From NCBI GenBank assembly GCA_964016885.1, contig OZ024741.1:118420001-118484000 (forward strand): a stretch of DNA of 64,000 bases, read 5' to 3'. The stretch is from Eledone cirrhosa. Taxonomy: Eukaryota. This document shows positions 26,996 through 41,289 of this stretch, piece by piece. Made by a program: the position numbers and the translations under genes. Within the stretch, counting starts at the first letter, position 1. Each line of letters begins with the position of its first letter. The notes beneath the pieces were generated by a model that saw nothing but the letters and a program-made list of their open reading frames with translations, made no database searches and was not told the origin of the DNA.

Positions 26996-29096
26996 CTCAC
27001 AGAGGAATTCTTTGACAAGGAGAATAACGACGAATCAATTGTACGGAATAAAAGCAGCTACAACCCAACAAAAGGTAGAAACAGAGTTCTCGACAAATTT
27101 TGTGACCACATAGCTACCTTCCCATACCATGAACTACCGCAACCTAAACCCAAACCCAACACAAGTCGAAGGGAATGGGAGATTATCCATGAACTAAAAA
27201 ACAATCCGGACATTGTAATTAAGGAAGCAGACAAGGGAAGTACTGTTGTCATTATGGAGGCTGAAAAATATAAAAATTCTATGTTCTCTCTCTTATAAAA
27301 TACCAATTACTATGAAAGAGTAAAAAACTACCAGCAATCAAAAACAATGACCAGATTAAACACACTGATTTATCGATACCAGCAAGACCTAACTAAAAAG
27401 GAACGCGATTATTTAACAAATTTTGAATACAAAACCAGCAACCTTTACGGACTTCCGAAGATCCACAAATGTAAAATAATCAACGATGCCTGTAAACAAT
27501 CCACCTCAGCCTGCGTGAACACACAATACCCCACAGACCTTAAATTAAGACCAATTGTAGCGGGCCCACAATGTGAAACACACAGATTGAGCAACTTTAT
27601 AGACATACTACTGAAACCAATACTGAAACACATACCAAGCCTTGTAAGAGACGATCTGGACCTCTTAAACCACCTCCCCAAACATGTCAACAACGACACT
27701 ATTATTGTGTCTTTCGATGTAGTGAATCTCTACACAACGATCCCACACCAATACGGACTAGAAGCAATAGGATTCTGGCTAGAGAAATATCCCAATGAGA
27801 TACCTGACAGAATAGAAAAAAAGCTTCATCACCGAGGGATTAAAATTCATCCTACAGAACAACTTTTTTGATTTCGATGGCAATACTTACAAGCAAATAT
27901 CGGGGACTGCGATGGGCACAAAAGCCGCTCCAACTTATGCCAACTTAGTCATGGCATACTTAGAAGTCCAGATATATGAACAGTCCAAATCAAAATACGG
28001 ATTGAACTTCCACAAATATTTATCAGAGAATTGGAAACGCTACTTGGATGATTGCCTCATTCTTTGGTCCCACACACTCGACCAACTGAAGGATTTCAAA
28101 AACTTAATAAACGGCATCAATAACCACATCCAATTCACAATGGAATACAGCCAAGATCAACTCCCATTTCTGGACATCTTAGTCACAAAAAAAGACACAA
28201 ATATCGAAACTGACATACACTACAAACCAACAGATTCCAAACAATATCTGCTATTCACCTCCAACCATCCAAAGCACACGAAGACGAACATTCCTTTTAA
28301 CCTAGCAAGAAGAATTTGCACAATTGTCTCCAATTATGAAACGCGAAATAAAAGACTTCAAGAATTAAAGGAAATTCTACTTGAGAGAGAGTACCCACTA
28401 TTACTAATAAATAATGGAATAGAAAGGGCTAAAGCAATAGGCATTGATGAATTACGGAAACAGAAACAAATTCAAGGTACGTCCAATATTCTATCATATA
28501 TCTCAACACACAACCCAAGAAATGCGGAAGCTTACAACACTATTCACAATAACATCCCACTACTAAAACAAAACCCAAGAATGAAAAAAGCCCTTGAAAC
28601 ACACAAAATAATCAAAAGCAAAAGACAACCAAAATCACTGAAAACATTACTCACCAATGCCAAATTACCTACCACAAACCCACAACCAAGTATCAAAAAA
28701 TGTGGTCGCTCGAATTGTGGAACCTGCACTCACCTCATTGAAGGCAACACGTATACATTTAAATCAGGACAAAATTTTACTGTAAAAAATCACTTCACTT
28801 GCTCATCAAAAAATCTAATTTATGCCGTTAAATGTAAAGGATGCAATGAAGATTATATAGGACAAACTAAACTCACACTCAGAAACAGAATGACAGTTCA
28901 TCGCCAACAATTACGAGATCCAACCACGAGACATATACCACTAAGTGCACATCTAGACATTTGCGCAAGTAATAAGACACCCAAATTCCAAGTCTTCCCA
29001 TTTTACCTTTGCGCTAACAATACAACAGAACAAATGCGAATAAATAAGGAAAATATGTTTATTCAAAAATATAGACCAACATTAAATAAGGTTTAA
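26996..29096 (+). pseudogene. PLE reverse transcriptase plus C-terminal GIY-YIG endonuclease (stop at 27296, frameshift in A-run near 27820)
   Basis: IKEADKGS, YGLPKIHK, LRPIVAG, FDVVNLYTTIP, MGTKAAPTYANL, RYLDD, CGRSNCGTC, LIYAVKC..C...YIGQT. Confidence 0.95.
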
Positions 29097-30122
29097 TATA
29101 CATTATGTCAACACCACAATATGACATACACACACACACACATAACACCTACTTTAGAAAATAAAAACCCGAACTAAATAAACCTTAAACATACGTTTGC
29201 ACTGGCAATACAACAGCAAACACGAAAAAGTCAGGAAAATATGTTCATTCAAAAATATTCCTACTAAAGGAATCATTTTCCTACACACACACATACACAC
29301 ACACAATATATATATATATATATATATATTCTCTTCATCTTAACATGCTAACCATACTCCCACACACATAACACCCATACACACACATAAAAAACCCCAC
29401 ACCTACAACACCCTCCCCATTTCTACTAATAGAACCACTTTCCTACACACATATATATATACACACACACAAAAAATATATATTCTCTCTATCTAACATA
29501 CTCGCACACACACACACATAACACCCATATACACACACACACAACTCCCTCCCCCATCTCTACTAATAGAATCATCTTCCAATACACACATACACACACA
29601 CACAAGCACACAAATAAACACATATCTTCAGTCTCAATAGAAAATCTGAACTCTGACACCTGAACTCTGACAGCTGGCCATATTCACTGAACCAGAACAT
29701 TTCTCCCAATCCCTTTTCCCTTGACCACTATCTCTCCATTGTCATAACATTCACTATAAAGACTACAGAATAGTTTTCCAAATAAGGGCGCAAAAATGTA
29801 ATGAAAACTTGTTCACATGACAGCCAAATTTCATTTATAACCAACCAAAAAAAAGCCTTCGTGAGCCTCATTTTTTTCAAGTAAAAAGAAATTCAAACAC
29901 TCATATATGAAAAAACAACCTGTGACAACCCCCTCCCCCCCCCCCCCTCTTATTTGAAGAACTATTGTAACGCGAACTGGCGCGAAATTTATTATAATTG
30001 ACAAACCAATCAAATTACTTCTCGAAAAACCTGGCTTTCGAGCCACTTTTTCCATATAATACAAGTAACATTTAGAGACCAACCAGATGTGAGAAAAACC
30101 ACAGACCCTCCATCTCAACTCA

Positions 30123-30160
30123 CCTTTTGAAAAGCAGAAGAACTGCGAAACCGGTAAAGG
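30123..30160 (+). ncRNA. Minimal type I hammerhead ribozyme, U3-A8 core variant
   Basis: CCTT-TTGAAAA-GCAG(aagaa)CTGC-GAAA-CcgG-TA-AAGG: stem I CCTT/AAGG, stem II GCAG/CTGC, palindromic ACCGGT stem III, GUA site. Confidence 0.8.
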
Positions 30161-30230
30161 AACCAAATAAATATATATATTTTTTAAAAAAAATAAGACT
30201 TCAGTTGCATTTTCGATTTCATCCCTTTTT

Positions 30231-30234
<4 letters not shown>

Positions 30235-30284
<50 letters not shown>

Positions 30285-30409
30285 GTATATATGTATATAT
30301 ATATATATATGTATATATGTATATATATATATATATGTATGTATATATATATATGTATATATATATATGTATATATATATATGTATATATATGTATATAT
30401 GTATATATG

Positions 30410-30447
<38 letters not shown>

Positions 30448-31013
30448 GTATATATATGTATATATAATGTATATATATGTATATATATGTATATATATGT
30501 ATATATATGTATATATATATATATATATATGTGTATATATATGTATATATATATGTATATATATGTATATATATGTATATATATGTATATGTATGTATAT
30601 GTATGTATATGTATGTATATGTATGTATATGTATATGTATGTATATGTATGTATATGTATATATATATATATGTATATATATATGTATATATATGTATAT
30701 ATATGTATATATATGTGTATATATATGTATATATATGTGTATATATATGTATATATGTGTATATATATGTATATATATGTATATATATGTATATATATGT
30801 ATATATATGTGTATATATGTGTATATATGTGTATATATATGTATATATATGTGTATATATGTGTATATATATGTATATATATGTGTATATATGTGTATAT
30901 ATATGTATATATATATGTATATATATATGTGTATATATATGTGTATATATATGTATATATATATGTGTATATATATGTATATATATATGTGTATATATAT
31001 GTATATATATATG

Positions 31014-31048
<35 letters not shown>

Positions 31049-31081
31049 GTATGTATATGTATATATATATGTATATATATG

Positions 31082-31114
<33 letters not shown>

Positions 31115-31120
31115 GTGTAT
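30235..31120. repeat. Irregular (TA)nTG microsatellite
   Basis: Direct reading. Confidence 0.99.
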
Positions 31121-31142
31121 ATAACTTTGAATAACTTTGAAA

Positions 31143-31358
31143 TTCACCCATTTACCTAGGACAAAACGATCTATCCCCACAAACAGCCACCACCATAATA
31201 CATACTCTAATTTAACACCAACACAACCACCAATAACTCAAACAAGGAATCCACAAATCTGCCGTTTTTCCCTGCGAGACAGATTGTGTTTAGACCGGGA
31301 TTGTCCCTTTACCCATCTCCCGGGGACCCGTCGGATAAATGAAAATAAAATTAAATAA
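31143..31358 (+). pseudogene. LINE ORF1 C-terminal remnant with CCCH-type zinc finger(s)
   Basis: CRFSLRDRLCLDRDCPFTH (C-x8-C-x4-C-x3-H), preceded by the end of a similar repeat ([10 protein letters not shown]). Confidence 0.55.
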
Positions 31359-31556
31359 AATTAAAAATAAAAGCAAAAACAAAAACCATAACCTACATAA
31401 AAAAAATAACCACTACCACAGTCACCAACAGTCTTCTAAACAGGAAACTTCTTCCTCTTTTTTAGCCATAATGAATCTGGCAAAAGAACTGGAAAAAAAC
31501 ATTCGAGCTATCACCCAGCACCACCCTCCACTATCACCCCACTGCACAAACTCCCA

Positions 31557-34500
31557 TTGCTGCCATTAACAAACAAACAAATTAACAACACACCAAAACA
31601 ATTAAAACCATCCACTCTCGCCTCTACATTTTTGCTTAACGCCCAAGGCATCAGCCCTTCCACCAATACTCAAAAATGGAAGATCAAATTCCTGGAGGAC
31701 TGGATTGATGTCCATCCAAACCACATCCCTTTCTTCGTCCTCACTGAAACCCATCTCAGTAACCTCCACTTGGAAGCCGAGGTGAAAGTGAAAAATTTCA
31801 AAGCCATCCGTGCTGATCGCGCTGGCAGAAGAAAGGGCGGAACTGCCATTTATGTCCATAATTCTTTCTCAACAGAGGCTATGAACATATTCACTAATGG
31901 ATACTGTGAGGCAGTCACTGTATTCAGTCAAACCAACAACCTATTAGTAGTTGGGCTCTATAGGCCACCCCAAACGCCTGTACCATGCTTCAAGGAATGC
32001 CTCAACAGCATAAAGTGTTTCATCCAAGAGTGTCACCCTGACAACATCTTAATGATGGGGGACTTCAACCTCCCCGGAGTTGACTGGTCCACAAACACCC
32101 TGCCACCAGGTTCTTCTGCCTCAACCTCTGACAGGGAAGCTGTGGAATCGCTTCTTGACTTCATGGATGATTTCTTCCTATCCCAACTAGTGCTCGAACC
32201 AACGAGGTGCCACAAAAACGTCCTAGACTTAATTTTCAGCAATCACACTGACAATATCCACAATATTGCAGTGGAGAAAACTCTACTCTCTGATCATGAC
32301 ATGGTTCTCTGTGATCTGAGATTCCACCGTCCAATATACAAACCCAATGTCATTTCTCCTGTCCATCCGTTTGACGCTATGGATTTCCACAATGCAAACT
32401 GGGAAGCGATCAGTCATGATCTTGCACATGTCGACTGGTCCTTCACGCACACTCATACACCCACTAACATCAAAAAGTCCTGGCAGACATTTGTGGACAC
32501 TGTTACAAACATATGTGCTAAACACACCCCATTAAGAACTATAAACAAATCTAAGAGCAGAATCCCTAGAAATAGAAAAACACTCATCAGAAAAATTAAG
32601 AGAACGAACAAAAAAATCAACAAGCTGAAATACTGTCAGCAGCAACACATCAACTTGACTGCCATTTCATCACTAGAGATTAAAAAACATAACCTCCAAA
32701 ACAACATAATGTCCCTCATCAACAATCAGAGAAGAGCTGAAGAGGCCTGGGCCATTGAGAAGATCAAACTCAATCCCAAAGTGTTCTTTTCATTTGCAAA
32801 AAAACACAAAATCACTGGCTCTACTGTTGGCCCTCTAATTGATGAAAATGGCACTCTTCAAGACAATGCTAAAACCATGGGTGAGATACTGCAGAAACAA
32901 TACTGCTCTGTTTTCAGCAATCCTGATATGGCCGATCTGGGCTGTATCGGCGATGTTACTCCCCATTACACCTTATCGGACATAACGTTTGGCGCCCCTG
33001 ATGTCTTGGCGGCAATAAAGGAAATCAAGCATAATTCAGCAGTAGGTCCCGATAGGTTCCCTGCTTGTGTCTTGAAGGCGTGTCAACACCAACTTGCTTC
33101 TCCTCTTGCCAATCTGTGGCGGAACTCACTGGATGCTGGATATGTGCCAGAAAACCTTCTATCCCAGTCTGTTGTCCCAGTTTTCAAAAAGGGAAACAAA
33201 TCCCTTGCCGTGAATTACCGTCCAATCTCACTCACCTCTCATATCATTAAGGTATTTGAGCGAGTGGTGAGATCGCGAATGACCCACTTCCTTGAGAGTA
33301 ACAATATGCTGAACTCCAACCAGCATGGATTCCGTAATGGAAGGGATTGCCTGACGCAACTACTGCATCACTTTGATGACATTTTGAGAGCCTTGGGAGA
33401 GGGTTCCAACACTGATGTTATCTACCTTGATTTCAGCAAGGCCTTTGACAGGGTTGATCATAACATTCTACTGAGAAAGCTGTCCAATATTGGTGTCACT
33501 GGAAAGCTGCTGCAGTGGATCAAGAGCTTCCTGTCAAACAGAACCCAACATGTTGTAGTTGAGGGAGTCAAATCAAGCCCAGCCAAAGTCAGTAGTGGAG
33601 TCCCACAAGGCACTGTGTTGGGCCCACTTCTCTTCATCATCTATATTAATGACATCACTGACATCATCAAACACAGCAACATTAAAATTTTCGCTGATGA
33701 TTCCAAGCTCCAAAAGGTCATCAATGGCGTGGATGACCGGATAAGCCTTCAGTCAGACCTACTGGCTGTTACCCAATGGGCAGAAAAGAACAACATGCTA
33801 CTGAACGAAGACAAATTCGAACTGATCCACTTTGGAAAAGAGGATGCTCTGAAACTCCCGTACTCCCTTCCCTCCGGGGAAACTCTCGTGGCATCTAACA
33901 ACATCAGAGACTTGGGAGTAACCGTGGACAGCAACATAAGCTGGACCACGCATATAAGCAGCAAAGTTGACATGGCCCGCAGAATGTGTTCCTGGATCCT
34001 CAGAACCTTCCAGTCGAGAGATTCCCGCACCATTATCCTTCTCTTCTCTACTTTCGCCCGACCACACCTTGAATACTGTTGTCCACTGTGGTCTCCCCAC
34101 ACGAAACAAAGTATCATGAAACTTGAAGCTCCTCAAAGGGCAATCACGAAAAAGATAGATGGCATGTCAGACCTTGACTACTGGGGTCGATTGGAAAACC
34201 TGAAACTTTACTCACTCCAACGTCGCCGTGAGCGTTATATTATCTGCATGATGTGGAAAATGTTCCATCATCACTGCCCAAATGATGTTGGCATCGCCTT
34301 CAAGATACACCCAAGGCTTGGGCCCCGTGCTATCCGTCCCATTCAAAAATCTAAATCGCAACTCATAACAACAATACGGCACAATTATTTCACCTCAATC
34401 GGCCCTGCTCTCTTCAACATCACACCAGGACACGTCAAAACAGAAACTGACCACACAAAATTCAAGAAGTCTTTGGACAAATTCCTCCAAGTAATCCCGG

Positions 34501-34577
34501 ACAAACCACCCACACCCGGATATGTCTCCGCAAACAGTAATTCTCTTCTCGAATGGGCCATGGTGCCCAAATCCTGA
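31557..34577 (+). CDS. LINE ORF2: APE endonuclease plus reverse transcriptase, 1006 aa uninterrupted (true start uncertain)
   Basis: LNAQG, LTETHL, GGTAIYV, YRPP, GDFN, SDH; [51 protein letters not shown]. Confidence 0.96.
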   Translation: MLPLTNKQINNTPKQLKPSTLASTFLLNAQGISPSTNTQKWKIKFLEDWIDVHPNHIPFFVLTETHLSNLHLEAEVKVKNFKAIRADRAGRRKGGTAIYVHNSFSTEAMNIFTNGYCEAVTVFSQTNNLLVVGLYRPPQTPVPCFKECLNSIKCFIQECHPDNILMMGDFNLPGVDWSTNTLPPGSSASTSDREAVESLLDFMDDFFLSQLVLEPTRCHKNVLDLIFSNHTDNIHNIAVEKTLLSDHDMVLCDLRFHRPIYKPNVISPVHPFDAMDFHNANWEAISHDLAHVDWSFTHTHTPTNIKKSWQTFVDTVTNICAKHTPLRTINKSKSRIPRNRKTLIRKIKRTNKKINKLKYCQQQHINLTAISSLEIKKHNLQNNIMSLINNQRRAEEAWAIEKIKLNPKVFFSFAKKHKITGSTVGPLIDENGTLQDNAKTMGEILQKQYCSVFSNPDMADLGCIGDVTPHYTLSDITFGAPDVLAAIKEIKHNSAVGPDRFPACVLKACQHQLASPLANLWRNSLDAGYVPENLLSQSVVPVFKKGNKSLAVNYRPISLTSHIIKVFERVVRSRMTHFLESNNMLNSNQHGFRNGRDCLTQLLHHFDDILRALGEGSNTDVIYLDFSKAFDRVDHNILLRKLSNIGVTGKLLQWIKSFLSNRTQHVVVEGVKSSPAKVSSGVPQGTVLGPLLFIIYINDITDIIKHSNIKIFADDSKLQKVINGVDDRISLQSDLLAVTQWAEKNNMLLNEDKFELIHFGKEDALKLPYSLPSGETLVASNNIRDLGVTVDSNISWTTHISSKVDMARRMCSWILRTFQSRDSRTIILLFSTFARPHLEYCCPLWSPHTKQSIMKLEAPQRAITKKIDGMSDLDYWGRLENLKLYSLQRRRERYIICMMWKMFHHHCPNDVGIAFKIHPRLGPRAIRPIQKSKSQLITTIRHNYFTSIGPALFNITPGHVKTETDHTKFKKSLDKFLQVIPDKPPTPGYVSANSNSLLEWAMVPKS

Positions 34578-34665
34578 ATTGAAAGACTTCGCCAGGTGGT
34601 GCTATTAAGTTAGACATGGCCTGGGCCAATACTGGCCAAAACATTTCAAAGTTATTCAAAGTTAT

Positions 34666-36100
<1,435 letters not shown>

Positions 36101-36103
36101 TCC

Positions 36104-36513
36104 GGGAGAGATGACCCCTTAGCCTTTGTTAAGGCAGAATTCTAGGAGAAGGAAAACTCTGATATCACACCTGCAACCCTGATGATATCCAATGATGTTG
36201 ACTTGTTCTTCTTTTTGGTAAATATCATCTTGGTTAAGAGAGTGGGACTGGCTTTGTGCAGTGCCTTTGCTCACTATAAAAGCTTCACGGCACAGGCATT
36301 GATTTATATCTGGATATCTCTCTACACTTGTCGTCACATGGTACTATGGGCCCAGCACTATGTGTCAATAATTGTCACAGGTGTAGTGTTTGTACCAAAG
36401 TTTTCAAGTCGCTGGCCGGACTGAAAAGTCACACTCGTTCAGCGCATCGGTAGGGGTTCTCCTACATGGATATAAAGTAGTGGCCGTACTCGAAAACGAG
36501 TTGGCAGCCACCA
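36104..36513 (+). mobile_element. Unclassified interspersed repeat, copy 2
   Basis: Matches 1062-1470 with scattered substitutions; identical right end. Confidence 0.75.
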
Positions 36514-37875
<1,362 letters not shown>

Positions 37876-38037
37876 TAAATAAATATACATGGGTATGTAT
37901 GATTGTGTATAGAAGATCATATTAATAAAAGGAATTCCAACTTTGTCTGATTTACTCGTTTTATTTACAATCCTTTAAAATTTATAATGGTATTAGAATG
38001 AAATAGTATGGTAGAATATTAAATGCCAAGTGTTAAT

Positions 38038-38076
38038 TGAACAAATACTTTCATGCTTTTGCAATCTTCAGGTTCA
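38038..38076 (-). ncRNA. Minimal type I hammerhead ribozyme in the 3' region of the second Neptune element
   Basis: Minus strand TGAAC-CTGAAGA-t-TGC(aaaa)GCA-t-GAAA-gtat-TT-GTTCA; stem I TGAAC/GTTCA. Confidence 0.7.
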
Positions 38077-38444
38077 CATTCTGTGGTGACAGACAAGTTT
38101 GCAATTTTCAACTGTAATGAGATGGGTAAATTTTGTGCCTTATGTACAGTGAAAAGTGGCTACAGAATGCTAGATTCTGCAAACTGTATTTCGACCAATC
38201 GGTGTGTAGTTTCACTGGATTACTAAAGGTGATTGGTTTAGGCGTCACGGTTGGTTGACCATGTCTAACGCGTATTTGACCCTATCCAAAGCATCAATTG
38301 TTTTGCTATTTTTAGAAATGATGAAAATAGCATTTTCTAGTAATCATCACCATCAACATCACTTTTATTATTAATATTGTTGTTGTTGTTGTTAGTGGTA
38401 TTAGTCGACATGGTCATAGTCATAGTAGGAGTAATACCCCATTA

Positions 38445-40200
38445 TTATTGTTTATTTAGCTTGGGTTTGAATTTATCAATAAAATTCTTTTCTTTGATTT
38501 TTCTCTTGATTTCACTTGGGCTGTGTAATTTGTAGAATGGAAATATTATAAATATTCTCTGACCACCTGTTGCTAGATGGTTACTCAGGGGTAACTGCCG
38601 GACATTTGGGTGTCTGATTTGCAGTCGGTGCACCAGTGCACATTCCGATAGTGCATTTCCAGTTTGACCGACATATAGTTCTTCATAATTCGGGCATTTA
38701 ATGCAGTAAATTAGATTTCTGCTTTTGCAGTTCATATTTGCATTTAGGAATATTTTTTCAGTTTTTGTGTTCATATATTGACCGTTGTGTATGGATTGAC
38801 ATGTGCCACATCGGTTATCATTGCATTTAGATACAGTGAATGATTGGTCTTTGTTAAGGTGAAACTTTGCTTTTGTTAGTAATTGCTTCAAATTTTTCGG
38901 CTGTCTTTTACTAAGAGTCAAAGATCGGTCTGTGATTAAGGCCTTTTAATTCATTACTTTAAGAAATGATCGGTAGGTTTGCTTTGGCAGTGTTGAAGAT
39001 AGTCTGGTGACATGGGTTGTGTGTCATTATAAATGGTATGACCAGTTCTTTGTTTCTTCTTCCTTGGGTTGTCCTAAGTTGTTGTATAGGTATTTTTATA
39101 GCCCGCTGTATGCTATTTTCTATAAGTAGAGATGGGTATTTTTGTTTGAGCAAAAATTCTCTCAGTTCTGTTAGGCGTTTGTACCTGGTATTTGTATCTT
39201 CTACAATGGTACAAATTCTTCTGGCTAGGCAGTATGGGATGTGGCGTTTTGTATGAGGTGGATGGCATGACTTAAAATTCAGATATTGATGGGTGTCTGT
39301 GTGTTTATAATATATATCCGTGGTAATGGTGGTGTCGTTTTTGATTACCATTATATCTAGGAATGGTAATTTGGTCCTACTCATCTCTTTTGTGAATTGG
39401 AGAGATGGGTGTAGGCTATTCAGGAGGATATTGAACTCCTCCAGAGTATCTAGAGATTCTGTCCAGATGATGAAACAGTCGTCAAGGTATCTCTTCCAAG
39501 ATATTTCAATGTACTTTCTAAAGTCAGTGCTATATTTCTCCTCTATTTCTTGGTAGAGTTGTACTAAGTATCCCATTACAGAGTTCGCATAAACGGGAGC
39601 AAACTTCGTTCCCATCGCTGTGCCTCTAATTTGGATGTAGTTTTTTCTATTGAAGAAGAAAGTGTTGTTTTCCAGAATAAATTGACTGCGTCTAATATAA
39701 ATGGCGCTGTGAATCTGGTGGGAATCACTTCTGTTTTTCCACCCAGTATTTAACCGCCTTTATTCCTAAATCATGTGTAATGTTGGTGTAAAGGCTTACC
39801 ACATTAAATCTAAGAAGTGAATTCATTTCCGTGGTTTTGGGAAGATCAGACAGGATGTCGATATCATCCCGGATGAAACTGGGTATGTGAGTACATAGTG
39901 GTTTCAAAATAATGTCAACAAAATTGCTTAGACGGTGGGTAGGGCATGTTGGACCAGCTATAATAGTTCTAAGTTTTAAGTCTTTTGGGTGTAGTAATTT
40001 AATGTACTCACTGTTTTGTTATTTTACTGCCAGTTGTATTTCTTTTGACTTATGAACTTTCGGTAGGCCATACAGGTTGCTGGGTTTTGGCTCAAAATTG
40101 GTGATGTAGTCTCTTTCCTTATCAGTAAGTGAGTTGTGGTATTTTGAAGCCAGGTTGTTGATCTTCATGATGTTGTGGTCTATATTTGATGGTATTTCAT
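38445..40200 (-). pseudogene. Decayed Neptune-type PLE RT plus GIY-YIG, 5'-truncated, several frameshifts
   Basis: YGLPKVHK, SLYTNI, MGTKFAPVYAN, WKRYLDDCFIIW, CNDNRCGTC, LIYCIKC...YVGQT. Confidence 0.93.
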
Positions 40201-40314
40201 ATATATATATATGTAATAATAATAAATTTGAAGACTAAAATCCAAAGAGGGCTCGATAAGGATAAATATATATCAAATATATAAGAACCGTAGAGCAAAT
40301 ATTTATTAAAATAA

Positions 40315-40388
40315 CAGATTAAAGTTTAAGCAAAGAATCGCTGCTTTCACCCTTAACGGGGTCTTCTGAAACTAGCAAAGTCAATCTG
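40315..40388 (-). ncRNA. Type I hammerhead ribozyme with CAGAAGA (A4) core
   Basis: Minus strand CAGATTGA...AGTTT-CAGAAGA-cCCC(gttaa)GGGt-GAAA-GCA(9 nt)TGC-TT-AAACT-TTAATCTG: stems I, II, III and a distal stem I extension all pair. Confidence 0.7.
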
Positions 40389-41289
40389 TAAACGCAGAAC
40401 TGGATATTTCAAAAAACGTTGCAACCGGAGGAAGACAGGAAGACGATACTTTGGTTCGTGGAAACGTTCGCTGGCAAAGAAGGGGAAAAAACGAATAACA
40501 CGTCATTAATAGGAGCGGTGAAAAACAATTACGCGCAAAGACAGAACCACGTTTATAGTATAAAAGAGGTTGTAGACTAATGTTCTCTTAGGTGGTGCAT
40601 AGACGTTCTCTGGCAATGAACGAAAAAACGAAGATAATACGTCATATGTGGAGCGTGGAGAACAATAGCACGCAAAGACAAAACCACGTAAATGGTATAG
40701 CAGAAGTCGTAGACTAAAATTCTAACTTGGAGACCAAATGAATCTCCGCTACAGAGTTAAGAACAAAGTAAATAAATACAAAACAGAAGTAATAGAAATA
40801 AATAAATACATACACGCAAACAAATACGTACATACACAAGCATACGCAAAACCTTACCATAGGTATAAAAAACCACGCACATATAAATGTGTGTGTGTGT
40901 GTATGCGTGTATACAAATAAATAAATAATTATATAAACGTATATAAATAAATAAATACGTATATAACAAGCGCACACACATACCTACATATAAATACACG
41001 AATGTTCGGAGACGTAAGTCAACTAAAACAAGAAGTACACATATACACACACCCACCATACGTACGAACCTGCATACTCACACAGACGCAAAACTCCCGT
41101 ATACACAGCCAAACCCTATGTACCAGAATATAAGATTATACGCCAATCAAATATACGTACGAGAAGGTATACGTACCTTCACAAAACATACGGGTAATAT
41201 ATACTTACCTATGCAAATAAGTAAAGGAATAAACAAAACATATACTTAGCTCCCACATCAAGACGTAAAATATCCACGTATAGATCGTA

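Larger units (their letters stand above)
31121..34665 (+). mobile_element. CR1/L2-group LINE, truncated within ORF1, bounded by 23-bp inverted repeats
   Basis: ORF1 remnant, intact ORF2, 3' tail of two TTCAAAGTTA units; 31121-31143 is the exact reverse complement of 34643-34665. Confidence 0.93.
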
